This document shows, in pieces, positions 10,851-20,574 of a DNA stretch of 64,000 bases. The position numbers were made by a program, and so were the translations under genes. The number at the start of each line of letters is the position of its first letter. Within the stretch, counting starts at the first letter, position 1. Source of the DNA: Candidatus Pacearchaeota archaeon (lineage in GTDB: Archaea; Nanobdellota; Nanobdellia; Pacearchaeales; GW2011-AR1); the NCBI GenBank assembly GCA_016866975.1, contig VGKP01000001.1, positions 54,454 to 118,453 on the forward strand, in the 5' to 3' direction. The notes under the pieces were generated by a model, which saw nothing but the letters and a program-made list of their open reading frames with translations, was not told the origin of the DNA and ran no database searches.

Positions 10851-13800
10851 GGGCTGCTTTTATCTGAGAAAGAGCTGCAGAAACATCTTTTGGATCTGAC
10901 TTATTCAATATCCTATCTATCCTGCCATCATAATCTTCTCTCTCTACATCCACATTCGCAAGATTAAGCCCTGATTCTAGCTTGACGAAATATTCTGCAT
11001 GTAATGGAACTGATTTTCTTACCTTAGGTTCTGAAACTTCTTCTTGTATGCGATGTTCTATCACCTTTGTTTCAGGCTTAAGCCTCAATCCAAGAGGTTC
11101 ATTTGGCAAATTGACTTGGTGGCGTTGAGCTACTATCACATATGCCTCAACATTCTCTCCTCTTTCATCATCTCCTTTGCTTATCCTGCCCTGATATGTG
11201 CCTGTGAAATAAGGAATGACAGAAAAACCATAGTGCCCCATATCTTTTGAGAATGCGTCCCTACAAGAGTCGTCTATCTTCTTTGATGTCAGCACTGTTA
11301 CAAGATATTTTCCATTTCCTAGCACCCTATTTGCCTCCCGCAAGAAACTGTCCCTGCCTTCCCTATCAAGAAGATCTAAGACCAAAGAAGCTACCATTAC
11401 ATCTTGTGAGGCATTATCTATCCTTACTTCGTTCTGATAATGGCCTTCTGAGTTGAATACAGATTGAGGTGAACTGTTTAAAGGAACAAGCTTATTGAGA
11501 TTGCATATATCTCCCAAATAACATGTGCTTTCAGGTATCTTTGATTCTGAGCAAGCATCTATCCCATGATGCAATTGGAATGGATTCAAATCTATTGCAG
11601 TAGTTGGCCTTTTTATTGTCTGAGCGACTGCCAGCGGCCCAGCACCTGCATCAAGTATTCTTTCGAGAGAGGTACAATATCTTTTTTCTATTCCTAGAAG
11701 AATATCCTTGGTCAGCCTTGCGATGTTTCCTGCATAGGTCTCATCCCATTTTCTATTATATATTGATGAAATGAAGAACGCATTATTCGCATGAGAAAGG
11801 GCTGCGCTGTACGTCATGCCTCCTGCACCTTCCATGGAATTAAAATGGGCTGCCAAGACATCTCTCACTCTCAGATTTTTAAGAGTATCGATGACTGATT
11901 TTTGGTCGTCTCCCTCTATCCATGACAGCATTTCTGAATCACTGACCTCTCCAGGATTTTGATGAATCTCCTCGATAAGCTTCTCCTTTCTTATACGCTT
12001 TCTTTCAAGATAACTCTCAACTGTCTGCAAGATAGGGGAACGAACATTTAGTATGTGGACCTGTCTCCTCTGGCCAGATCTTACTGTCCGGCTTATCAAT
12101 TGCTCGTGCTTGCAAGGCACAGTAGTCTCCTCAAAATTTATTATATAAGTTGCTTCCTTTGCTTCCATGCCTTCCCTAAGGGCCCTTGTTGTAACCAGCA
12201 CAGAGACATCTGGATCTGTAGCAAACTCATGCAATACTTTCTCCCTTTCTGACATCCCATATATCTCATAAGGAAGTATCTTTAGATGTTGCCTTGCCTG
12301 TGGCGAGAGATCGGAAAGATATGTCTCATCTCCCCTCATAAAGCCATCTTCCACAAGTATGCATTTCTGCCATTCTTTTATCTTCACCTCTTTGACTTCT
12401 GCAGAAACTGTCTGGTCTATACGCCTTGCCCCGAGATCACTAAGCATAGACTCTAACTCAGTCGTCACATCTCTCTGATATTCGCATACCACCAAACACT
12501 TCTCACCTTTTTCTTTTATCTCCTTGACAAGGCCTCTAGTGAATTCCATACGCGATTTTTTGACTCTGCGTACTTTGTCTTCAAGACCTGGATTTGAATT
12601 GAAGAAAGATTGCATCCTCTCCTGCAAAGGATCATCGCCATCACATAAATGACCAAGATTGTCTGGAAGAAGCTTGCTTGGATTTGCTATAAGATATCTT
12701 AGAAGAAGGTACTTTTCTCTACCGTCAAATACTTCTGCTTCAAGAAGAGCACTGAAAAGTTCTGTCTCTGCATCAGTTATATCATATGTGCGAGTCTCTG
12801 AGATTGGTTTCTTGACACTAGGATCGACCTCTTCAAGAGTGCGGATAGGAAAAACAGACTTTAAGTCTATGAATGCCCTGACTTTCTTGGCAGTATCCTT
12901 GCCTTCTATAAATTTCTTGAAATCATCCGGGTCTTTTACAAATTCAGTCACATATGCTGCCCAAGCCAAGCCTTCAGGAGTATTTCCTATACCTGTACCT
13001 GACATCAATATGGCCCAGCGTGCAGGCCTGGCAATAGAAGCTATCGCCCTAGACCTTTTGGCGTCGGTACCAACAAGATTATGAAACTCATCCACTATAG
13101 CGTAATAAGGCATGTTCTCTGGAAAGACTTTCTGTTTCAGGGCGTCAAACACTGCCAAAGACTCTGACTTCGACTCTTCTCTAAGTATTATCTCGTGAAG
13201 CTCCGGTAAGGGAGTGTTTCTTTTCTTTAATTTTTCAACGCGCGTACTACCTATAAGAGGTCTAAGAAATTCATAGGCTTTGGAAGGTGTAGGATATTCG
13301 CAAAATACTCTGACCATTTCCCCCATTTCATCCTGAGGTTCAGAACCATTCCCCAGAGTTGCCCCCCTGAAAGTCATGTCATAACCTACAATGACAAAGC
13401 TTGTACCTGGAAGTGAAGCATGCCTTATCGCCTGTTCCCTGTTCTCTCTAGTTATTATCGCTATTTCGGGATTTACAAATAGCCTCTCAATCTCCCTGAG
13501 CCATATTGGCACTATATATCCTGGACAAGTTATGAATGTTTTTATGCTCTCTTGTCCTGCAGAAATCTCTGGGAGCATTCTATTGATGGGGACGATAGCA
13601 CTTAGTGCGCTTATAGTCTTCCTTGTGCCTGGCTTGCTGAGCTCAATGACTTTTCCTCTCTGTGCCACTGTTGCTCCAACAAGCTTCTGCTCAAGAGAAG
13701 GCAGAGGATGCCTCTCAAATGAAAAATATCCTGCAGGCGCTACTTTATTTATAAGCGCCTTGAATCCTCCTGGATAGTCTTTGGAACTATCTAAAAGCTT

Positions 13801-13941
13801 TTTCCAATAAGGGACTTGTTTTAGAAAATCAGTATCGAACGGCCTTGGCAAAAACCCTAAACGATCTACAACGGCCCTTAACCTGCGCTCGAGGTCTGAA
13901 GAAGATGCTAAGTCACTATTTTGTTGGATGCTGCCGCTCAT
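10828..13941 (-). CDS. SNF2-family helicase/ATPase fused to a C-terminal class I SAM-dependent methyltransferase
   Basis: KPGTRKT (motif I), IVDEFH (II), LMSGT (III), TRALREGMEA (V), QLISRTVRSGQ (VI); then ILDAGAG, AIDLN, GDICNL, QDVMVASLVL, FLREANRVL. Confidence 0.85.
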   Translation of the reverse strand: MSGSIQQNSDLASSSDLERRLRAVVDRLGFLPRPFDTDFLKQVPYWKKLLDSSKDYPGGFKALINKVAPAGYFSFERHPLPSLEQKLVGATVAQRGKVIELSKPGTRKTISALSAIVPINRMLPEISAGQESIKTFITCPGYIVPIWLREIERLFVNPEIAIITRENREQAIRHASLPGTSFVIVGYDMTFRGATLGNGSEPQDEMGEMVRVFCEYPTPSKAYEFLRPLIGSTRVEKLKKRNTPLPELHEIILREESKSESLAVFDALKQKVFPENMPYYAIVDEFHNLVGTDAKRSRAIASIARPARWAILMSGTGIGNTPEGLAWAAYVTEFVKDPDDFKKFIEGKDTAKKVRAFIDLKSVFPIRTLEEVDPSVKKPISETRTYDITDAETELFSALLEAEVFDGREKYLLLRYLIANPSKLLPDNLGHLCDGDDPLQERMQSFFNSNPGLEDKVRRVKKSRMEFTRGLVKEIKEKGEKCLVVCEYQRDVTTELESMLSDLGARRIDQTVSAEVKEVKIKEWQKCILVEDGFMRGDETYLSDLSPQARQHLKILPYEIYGMSEREKVLHEFATDPDVSVLVTTRALREGMEAKEATYIINFEETTVPCKHEQLISRTVRSGQRRQVHILNVRSPILQTVESYLERKRIRKEKLIEEIHQNPGEVSDSEMLSWIEGDDQKSVIDTLKNLRVRDVLAAHFNSMEGAGGMTYSAALSHANNAFFISSIYNRKWDETYAGNIARLTKDILLGIEKRYCTSLERILDAGAGPLAVAQTIKRPTTAIDLNPFQLHHGIDACSESKIPESTCYLGDICNLNKLVPLNSSPQSVFNSEGHYQNEVRIDNASQDVMVASLVLDLLDREGRDSFLREANRVLGNGKYLVTVLTSKKIDDSCRDAFSKDMGHYGFSVIPYFTGTYQGRISKGDDERGENVEAYVIVAQRHQVNLPNEPLGLRLKPETKVIEHRIQEEVSEPKVRKSVPLHAEYFVKLESGLNLANVDVEREDYDGRIDRILNKSDPKDVSAALSQIKAALGGYDGK

Positions 13942-15547
13942 TGACTACAGCCCCCTGAAATCTTGACCTTTGCGAGCCAATATAGTAAGTAAGGAGGCTC
14001 TCCATCATTGTGCCTCTCTTTCCATCCGGAGCAGCCAATGGCTCGTCTCCTTTAAGTGTGGTGAAGACAGATTGCCTTACTCTCTGAGGTATAGAATCAT
14101 AAATTTTTATGCCTAGCTGATAGTCATCTAATGCAGACTTGAGATCAATTTCTTTGATAGATCTTTCCTCGACCAATTTCTCGAATGCAGGCCATAACAC
14201 TGCATCATATTTATTGAATCTCCTCATCAGATGCTTTATAGGAAATCCATATTGCGTTGACAATCCTGCTAGCTCTCTATCACTCTCCCTGAATTCGTTT
14301 TTTTCTCCTGAAGAGTTTTCTATCTCTCCTCTCTTTGGAAGATAGCCTTTAAGCCATAATCCCTCAAAAATGAAATCAAGCTCGTTTGAAGAATATTGAA
14401 GACTTTGATTAATCATGTTTGCTGTCAGCGCCATCATACCTTCATAGACATGATTAGTTGTTGATTCACTCGTCTTTCCTCTGCTCTTATTGAAGAAAGG
14501 CGCTACTCTCTTCATTCTCTCGTCCTTGTCTATAACTTCGGCAGCTTTTGCTACTCTTATCCACCAACCCAGGCTCGTCCTTATCCTTGTCTCTAAAGCA
14601 GTATCATTACGAACAATTCTCAGTGTGCTAAAACGAAGAGCGTCAAACATTTCTTCAACTTCCACTCCTTCAACCCTATGTCTTGGATTTGAGAAGAATT
14701 CATAGGCCGGCCTTGCATTTGAGCTCTGCGCAAGATATTCAAAGGCATCTTTATAGTTAGCACCAAGATGAATAGACTGCATAAATTCGTTTATGCAGGG
14801 CGTAACCATCTCATTCGCGAGAAGAGAATTTATTCGATTCCTGTGTATCTTAAATATCTTGCCTCTATATGCCTTCATGAAGTCTATATTGCTCTGGAGG
14901 CTGAATGTGAATCCTGAATTTGCTGCACTATTGAGGACCTTCTCTGGAACACCTAAAGATCTCAATTCATCAAAAGATTCTAGAGCCTTGCCTTTTTGTC
15001 CGCTTATCTGACTAAATGCCTCTGCTATAAGATACCCTTTATGGCCCTTAAGATAACTGACAAGGGCTGGATCGACTATTACTTGATAGGAGGGCTTAGG
15101 AACACTCTGGATAGGCGGTTTATTAGGGCCTGGTTTATACTGCTTTGTATTCAAAGCTGGGACTCTGGGCAATGCGCATCCAGTAAATACGTTCTCTAGA
15201 AGATGTTCAAGACTACGTGCTCCAACCAGTCCTTCTCTTTCCAGGATATCTACCTGTAAATCCCTGATGTTCTGCCCTAGCTGCCCATTGTGGAAAGTAG
15301 TCATGAATTTGACCCTTGGATTGCCAAAAGGAAGCTCTATGCAGGCTATGTAAACCTGACTATTGGTTGATTGATAAGATTCTGTCTCTTGGGCGCACAC
15401 CTTCTGAATATCTGAAAGGATGCGCTCTAGTTCGTCAGTAGTTATCTGGCCTTTTGTAGATATCTTGCCTGATATAATTGCCTCAAAATACTTGTCATGA
15501 CCTAATCTTGCTACTATCTCCTCCCTGGAGCCTATAACCTTACTCAT
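13916..15547 (-). CDS. Hypothetical protein (operon gene 2)
   Basis: 543-aa ORF overlapping both neighbours; no motif recognised. Confidence 0.8.
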   Translation of the reverse strand: MSKVIGSREEIVARLGHDKYFEAIISGKISTKGQITTDELERILSDIQKVCAQETESYQSTNSQVYIACIELPFGNPRVKFMTTFHNGQLGQNIRDLQVDILEREGLVGARSLEHLLENVFTGCALPRVPALNTKQYKPGPNKPPIQSVPKPSYQVIVDPALVSYLKGHKGYLIAEAFSQISGQKGKALESFDELRSLGVPEKVLNSAANSGFTFSLQSNIDFMKAYRGKIFKIHRNRINSLLANEMVTPCINEFMQSIHLGANYKDAFEYLAQSSNARPAYEFFSNPRHRVEGVEVEEMFDALRFSTLRIVRNDTALETRIRTSLGWWIRVAKAAEVIDKDERMKRVAPFFNKSRGKTSESTTNHVYEGMMALTANMINQSLQYSSNELDFIFEGLWLKGYLPKRGEIENSSGEKNEFRESDRELAGLSTQYGFPIKHLMRRFNKYDAVLWPAFEKLVEERSIKEIDLKSALDDYQLGIKIYDSIPQRVRQSVFTTLKGDEPLAAPDGKRGTMMESLLTYYIGSQRSRFQGAVVNERQHPTK

Positions 15548-17180
15548 ATATATCTCCTAGAGAATAATTTCTCCAATTTACACCAAGCTTGCTCAGAACC
15601 TTTCTAGAGCGTGCTTCTTTGACCCTTTGTGTGAACCCTGAGATTAGACCAGTTGGATTAGAAGGCATCTCGAACTCAAGAGTGAAGATAGGGCTTCCCA
15701 AGCAGGAAGTTGTCCTACTACCTGAAATTTTCTCTCCTTGAAGAGATTCCTTGATTGAAGTTGACAAGTCATGATTAACTGCTCTTGTAAAATTAGTCTC
15801 TGCTGTCTCTTGAGTGCATGGAACGATATACGATAAAGATACCGTGTTTCCTGTACTTGATGCAAGAGTGACTATTGGTAGTGTGTATGGAAGTGTTGAA
15901 GAATTATAAGTTGCATGTGCAAGATTGTAATTTTCCCTGTTTGAATCCAAAACTCTTAAGAATTGATGAGCTATTGGTATTCCCTGCTCCCAGCCATTTG
16001 ACTGCGTAAGAAAATCCTGTATCGCCTTTTCAATATATTCTTTTTCTTTCAGAGAGAGTGAGGCACCCATACTGATAGCATTGTGCAAAGATAGAGCTCC
16101 AAGATAAGGCAATCTTAATTTTCCATATTCATTTGAATCTTTGAATTCTCTTGTTCTAAGTAAGGCAGCAGATTTGAGATCATCCCAAGATGAATCGAGA
16201 GGAAGGCCAATAGAGGATGCTAATGCTACCAATTCTGGAGTCAGTACGAAAGACCTCTCGTCGGTTTCAAGAGCATTGCGGACGAGATCTTCTATATTCT
16301 GAGGAAAAGCCACCTCATAAGCTTTTAAACATTGATCATAAGAAGCTCCTGCAATCCTACGCGCAGTCATAACGCCAAGCTCTTCCAAAGAAAATTCATC
16401 AGTCTTAGGGGCTGCGGCTAGACGAGAATGAAGGCCAACATTCTCCTCCCTGAGACGGTCAAGTGCCTCATTTGCTTCTAAAAGTGCGACCTCTGACTGC
16501 TCTGCCTGTCCACTCAAATTCTGGTATTCAGACTCAAGAGTGCTATAACTCTGGCTTAACTTGGAAGCAGTTTCCTCAGCTTTATTGGCGCGTGCATTTG
16601 CCTCTTCTAACAAAGTATTGCTTGAGCTAGTAAGTGTCTGAAGCTGATGGTTGAGTTTACCATTCTGTTCTTCAAGAGCCTGATTGGCTCCCTGAAGAGT
16701 TTCGTATTCCTTAATTTTAGCCACTAAAGCACGATTAGTAGTGCCAAGTTGTACCTTAGTATTTTCCAATCCTCTTTCAACATTAGTTAGCTTTCCTTCC
16801 AAATCTCTCTGAAGATTATTAAATTCTCTGCGCGAAACTAATTTCTTGCCAGAGGGTAAGATTTCTATAGTATATTTCTTAAAGCACCCAGAACCATGTC
16901 GGGCTGTAGTAGATGAAAGAAGAGATTCTACTGCTTGAGTAAGAATATTCTGTCCCAAATTATCTACTGAGATAACCTCTTTACATAGTCCTAAATACAC
17001 TTGAATTTTAGATTTATCTAATATTGGGATCACGCTTATTGGCAAACCATGTTTTCTGGACATTGTAGACGCGACATTTTTAAAATGATTATGAAAAGAG
17101 CTCCAGCAGTCTTGGTGAAACATTTCATAAACAATACGCATTACATATGGCTCTTCAGATTCTTGTTCTTGATTTGACAT
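15540..17180 (-). CDS. Coiled-coil hypothetical protein (operon gene 1)
   Basis: 546 aa with a long heptad-like L/E/Q/K/A-rich segment (about aa 120-255). Confidence 0.8.
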   Translation of the reverse strand: MSNQEQESEEPYVMRIVYEMFHQDCWSSFHNHFKNVASTMSRKHGLPISVIPILDKSKIQVYLGLCKEVISVDNLGQNILTQAVESLLSSTTARHGSGCFKKYTIEILPSGKKLVSRREFNNLQRDLEGKLTNVERGLENTKVQLGTTNRALVAKIKEYETLQGANQALEEQNGKLNHQLQTLTSSSNTLLEEANARANKAEETASKLSQSYSTLESEYQNLSGQAEQSEVALLEANEALDRLREENVGLHSRLAAAPKTDEFSLEELGVMTARRIAGASYDQCLKAYEVAFPQNIEDLVRNALETDERSFVLTPELVALASSIGLPLDSSWDDLKSAALLRTREFKDSNEYGKLRLPYLGALSLHNAISMGASLSLKEKEYIEKAIQDFLTQSNGWEQGIPIAHQFLRVLDSNRENYNLAHATYNSSTLPYTLPIVTLASSTGNTVSLSYIVPCTQETAETNFTRAVNHDLSTSIKESLQGEKISGSRTTSCLGSPIFTLEFEMPSNPTGLISGFTQRVKEARSRKVLSKLGVNWRNYSLGDIYE

Positions 17181-17294
17181 GTAAATGCCTTCATTTTCTT
17201 ATTTTTAAACCTTTCTATATGTTATCCCTTAGTAGTTACACTACTGGCTTCTGATATTTAAGAGAACCTATTTTATAAGATATTAGTGAGTGAT

Positions 17295-18203
17295 CTACGC
17301 TTTCCCCACACTTCCGAAAAGTCTAAGATGCTCTTCTACACTTCTTTGAGTGGCTTTCTGTGCATAAGAAAGAGCATCACGAGGGTTGATTGATTCTGGA
17401 TGCTTTTGCGTGTATTCTCTTAGGGCTGTGGAGAATGCAAGGCGGAGGTCTGTATCTACATTTATTTTGCAGATCCCTAAATTAATTGCTTTCTTTATTT
17501 GTGACTTTGGTATGCCTTGAGCTTTGCCGACCTGCATACCCAATGAACGTGCTTTGGTAAGCGCATGTTTGGGAACGAGAGAAGCACCATGAAGAACTAG
17601 GGGAATGGAAACACGTTTACGAATTTCTTTGAGAATATCGAGCCGGAGGCGGTCGCCTTTGACTTTGTATGCTCCATGACTCGTACCAATGGCGACTGCA
17701 AGAGAATCTATGCCTGTCTGCCTTACAAATTTTACGGCTTGCTTAGGGTCTGTACACCAACTAGTGCCCTCTAAATCATCTTCTTTTCCCCCTATAATGC
17801 CAAGTTCAGATTCTACAGTGATATTTCTCTTTTTAGCTGCTTTTACAATTTCTTTAGTGAGCTTAATATTTTCTTCAAATGGATGATGTGAAGCATCAAT
17901 CATTACGCTAGTGTATCCAATACTTATTGCTTTTTTTATCAATTTCATATCCCTTCCGTGATCGACATGAATGGCGATGGGTACTTTTGATTCTCTTGCC
18001 GCAATACGCATCATATCAATTAGTATCTCAAGACCTGCATAGGCTATGGCGGACTCACTTGTCTGTATGATTATTGGGGATTGAAGATTTTCAGCAGCGT
18101 CTATTGCTGCGTGAAGAGTTTCTATATTGTAGATGTTGAAAGCCCCCACTGCATACTTTCCTTTCTGCGCTTTATTCAGAATTGTTTTTGCTGTTATGAT
18201 CAT
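17295..18203 (-). CDS. fba: Class II fructose-1,6-bisphosphate aldolase
   Basis: GAFNIYN, IHVDHG, VMIDAS, VESELG, AIGTSHG, LVLHGAS, KINVDT. Confidence 0.95.
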   Translation of the reverse strand: MIITAKTILNKAQKGKYAVGAFNIYNIETLHAAIDAAENLQSPIIIQTSESAIAYAGLEILIDMMRIAARESKVPIAIHVDHGRDMKLIKKAISIGYTSVMIDASHHPFEENIKLTKEIVKAAKKRNITVESELGIIGGKEDDLEGTSWCTDPKQAVKFVRQTGIDSLAVAIGTSHGAYKVKGDRLRLDILKEIRKRVSIPLVLHGASLVPKHALTKARSLGMQVGKAQGIPKSQIKKAINLGICKINVDTDLRLAFSTALREYTQKHPESINPRDALSYAQKATQRSVEEHLRLFGSVGKA

Positions 18204-19111
18204 TCTAATTTTGTAAGGAGCCCTGTGTGGGCACCGATTGATGAGAGAACTGATTGAGACTCTTTTACACCATAGGATAGCGCAGTAGGCAGATCTTTGC
18301 CAATCATCCTTGCGTAAACAAAGCCCGCTGCGAAAGCATCTCCCGCCCCAGTGGCATTTATGGGATGGAGATTCTTTATTTTTTGAGTGTGATGTTGTTG
18401 GCCCATATAGGCATGCACTGGGTTCGCACCATCAGTGATGACAAGTATGCCTGGAAGATATTTTAATATAGCCATAGCTGCTTTGTTTAAGTCTCTTTTC
18501 TTTGAAATAAGCTCTGCTTCATCCCGATTAATTATGAGGATGCTGATTTTTTGAAGGAAAGATGAAAGTTTATGGGTGCCTAGTGAAGCAGCATATGAAC
18601 TTAGATTTGCTGCAACAGGGACATGATGCTCGCGTGCCACTTTTGCAACGCGCTGCGCAGTCTCGAAGCTTTTTCCATGGAGTGTAGATATGTATATCCA
18701 ATGAGTTTTGAATTCTGGGAGATCGTTAATTTCAAGCTGGTCATTGATCCCTTTATGGACCAAAATTGTGCGGTCCTCTTTTCCAGTCAAAATGATAGAG
18801 AATCCTGTAGGTCCATTCTTAATCTTACCTAAAAATGTCACGTTTTCTTTTTTGAGGTCATTGAGAATTGTATGCGCGTGTTCATCGTTGCCCAGGCAGG
18901 CAATTGATGCCGTCTTCAATCCCAGCCTTGAAAAAGCTATCGCAGTGTTTAGTGCACCTCCTCCTGTACAAAAAAAAAGATTTTCCACAAGTACTTTTTC
19001 ACCTTCATGGAAGCAGATATCCAGATGGTCGTGATGTTTCTTCTCTAGTTTTTTTCCTAAAACAAACAGGTCCCTGTTCATCCCACCTATAGTGATTATA
19101 TCGTAGCTCAT
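18200..19111 (-). CDS. PfkB/ribokinase-family carbohydrate kinase
   Basis: GGGALNTAIAFSRLG, INRDEA, NATGAGDAFAAGF. Confidence 0.92.
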   Translation of the reverse strand: MSYDIITIGGMNRDLFVLGKKLEKKHHDHLDICFHEGEKVLVENLFFCTGGGALNTAIAFSRLGLKTASIACLGNDEHAHTILNDLKKENVTFLGKIKNGPTGFSIILTGKEDRTILVHKGINDQLEINDLPEFKTHWIYISTLHGKSFETAQRVAKVAREHHVPVAANLSSYAASLGTHKLSSFLQKISILIINRDEAELISKKRDLNKAAMAILKYLPGILVITDGANPVHAYMGQQHHTQKIKNLHPINATGAGDAFAAGFVYARMIGKDLPTALSYGVKESQSVLSSIGAHTGLLTKLE

Positions 19112-20070
19112 TTGATCAAATTGATGGCTTTATTTATTAGGAAAGATTGGATATTTTCTATGGTAGTGAAAAGAATCCGTTGGACCGATTCCTTACTATA
19201 AAAAGCTGAATGTGGGGTGAAAAAAACGTCTTGGTGTGAAAGAAGATATTTTTGGTCTGGAGAGAGTTTGTTATGTTCCAATATATTATCCTCATTCTCC
19301 ATGACATCTAATCCTGCTCCTGAAATCTTATTTGACCTGAGAGCTTTTACCAGCGCCCTTGTATCTATAACTGGCCCTCTAGAAGTATTAATAATGATTG
19401 CGCCTTTTTTTACGTACTTGAAAGTCTTTTCATTAAGCAAATGTCTTGTCTGGTCTGTAAGAAGAACGTGTAATGTGATTATGTCTGATTTTTTGAGTAG
19501 TTCTGGCAAGTCTACATAAGTGTAATTCATTGTCTTCGCCGCCTCTTCATTCTTGAAAATATCATATGCAAGTACGTTCATTCCAAATCCTTTAGCAATA
19601 TGTATTGAAGACTGCCCTATCTTTCCTGTCCCAATCACTCCAATCGTCTTTCTTTTAAGATCAAAACAATTCATTTCTGCAATTGGCTTCTTATTCTCCA
19701 AGACTTCTTTCCTTGTCTGAGAGACTCTTCTTGATAATTCCAATATGAGCGCAAATGCATGCTCTGCCACAGTATTCTCGCCATAAGAAGGGACATTGCA
19801 TACAACTATGCCTCTTTTCCTGCATTCTTCAAGGCTTATATGGTCGAACCCGGTTGAACGTGTTGTAATAAGTTTAAGATTTGGGAGCTGATCAAGAATA
19901 TCTTTATTGATTTTTGAGCATATGTAAACAGAGAGAATCTCGGTATCCTTTACTTTCCTTACGTTCTTTACTGTCAGAATATCATCTGAGAAGAATAGCT
20001 TGTGCGACTTGAATGTCTTTTTAAGCTCTTCTTTTTCCCATGGATGGGTCTCGAAAAATGATATCTGCAT
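19108..20070 (-). CDS. D-isomer-specific 2-hydroxyacid (D-lactate) dehydrogenase
   Basis: TRSTGFDHI, NVPSYGENTVAEHA, GVIGTGKIG, INTSRG, GLDVME, FTPHSAF. Confidence 0.92.
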   Translation of the reverse strand: MQISFFETHPWEKEELKKTFKSHKLFFSDDILTVKNVRKVKDTEILSVYICSKINKDILDQLPNLKLITTRSTGFDHISLEECRKRGIVVCNVPSYGENTVAEHAFALILELSRRVSQTRKEVLENKKPIAEMNCFDLKRKTIGVIGTGKIGQSSIHIAKGFGMNVLAYDIFKNEEAAKTMNYTYVDLPELLKKSDIITLHVLLTDQTRHLLNEKTFKYVKKGAIIINTSRGPVIDTRALVKALRSNKISGAGLDVMENEDNILEHNKLSPDQKYLLSHQDVFFTPHSAFYSKESVQRILFTTIENIQSFLINKAINLIK

Positions 20071-20372
20071 ATGGTCTCCTTTTATTTATATGTTAAGAAA
20101 TGGATATATAAAAAGGTATGTGCCTGTTCCGAGCGTAATAGCACAATGTCTCTTTCTATTGGAATACAAGAATAATACAAGTCTCTTATAAGAGCAATTT
20201 GTTTTGTAGTCAGATGAAAATAGGTCTATATAGACACAAAGAAAGATGGGAGAAGATTCAAATTAAAAGGCTTATGTGATTTATTATAAGCTACGAAATA
20301 GGCATTTTTGGTCTGAGAAATGTTTAAAAAGGGTCGGTCTTACCCGTGCCTAATTAAACCCTTTTTAGCACC

Positions 20373-20516
20373 ATGAGAAAAAGCAAGATAGTAGAAGACA
20401 CGGAAGAAGAGGAAATTGAAGAAGCTTTTGATGAAGAGGCGTTAGAACATCTTCACGATGATGAGGAATTCGATGATGAACCTCAAAATAAAGAAGAAGA
20501 TGACCCTTTCTCATAA
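20373..20516 (+). CDS. Small acidic protein (47 aa, not in ORF track)
   Basis: MRKSKIVEDTEEEEIEEAFDEEALEHLHDDEEFDDEPQNKEEDDPFS*; TTTAAAAA box upstream. Confidence 0.5.
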   Translation: MRKSKIVEDTEEEEIEEAFDEEALEHLHDDEEFDDEPQNKEEDDPFS

Positions 20517-20574
20517 GCGCACCTAGCTAGGCAATCACCACTAATTTTAAAAGAGAGAAGGGCATTGCCAAATT

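Noticed and set aside
9807-15547. Shared short motifs (VI[IV]DP[AD]L, AYE[FL]) suggesting paralogy among operon proteins
   Set aside because: Too short and inconsistently spaced to support without profile alignment.
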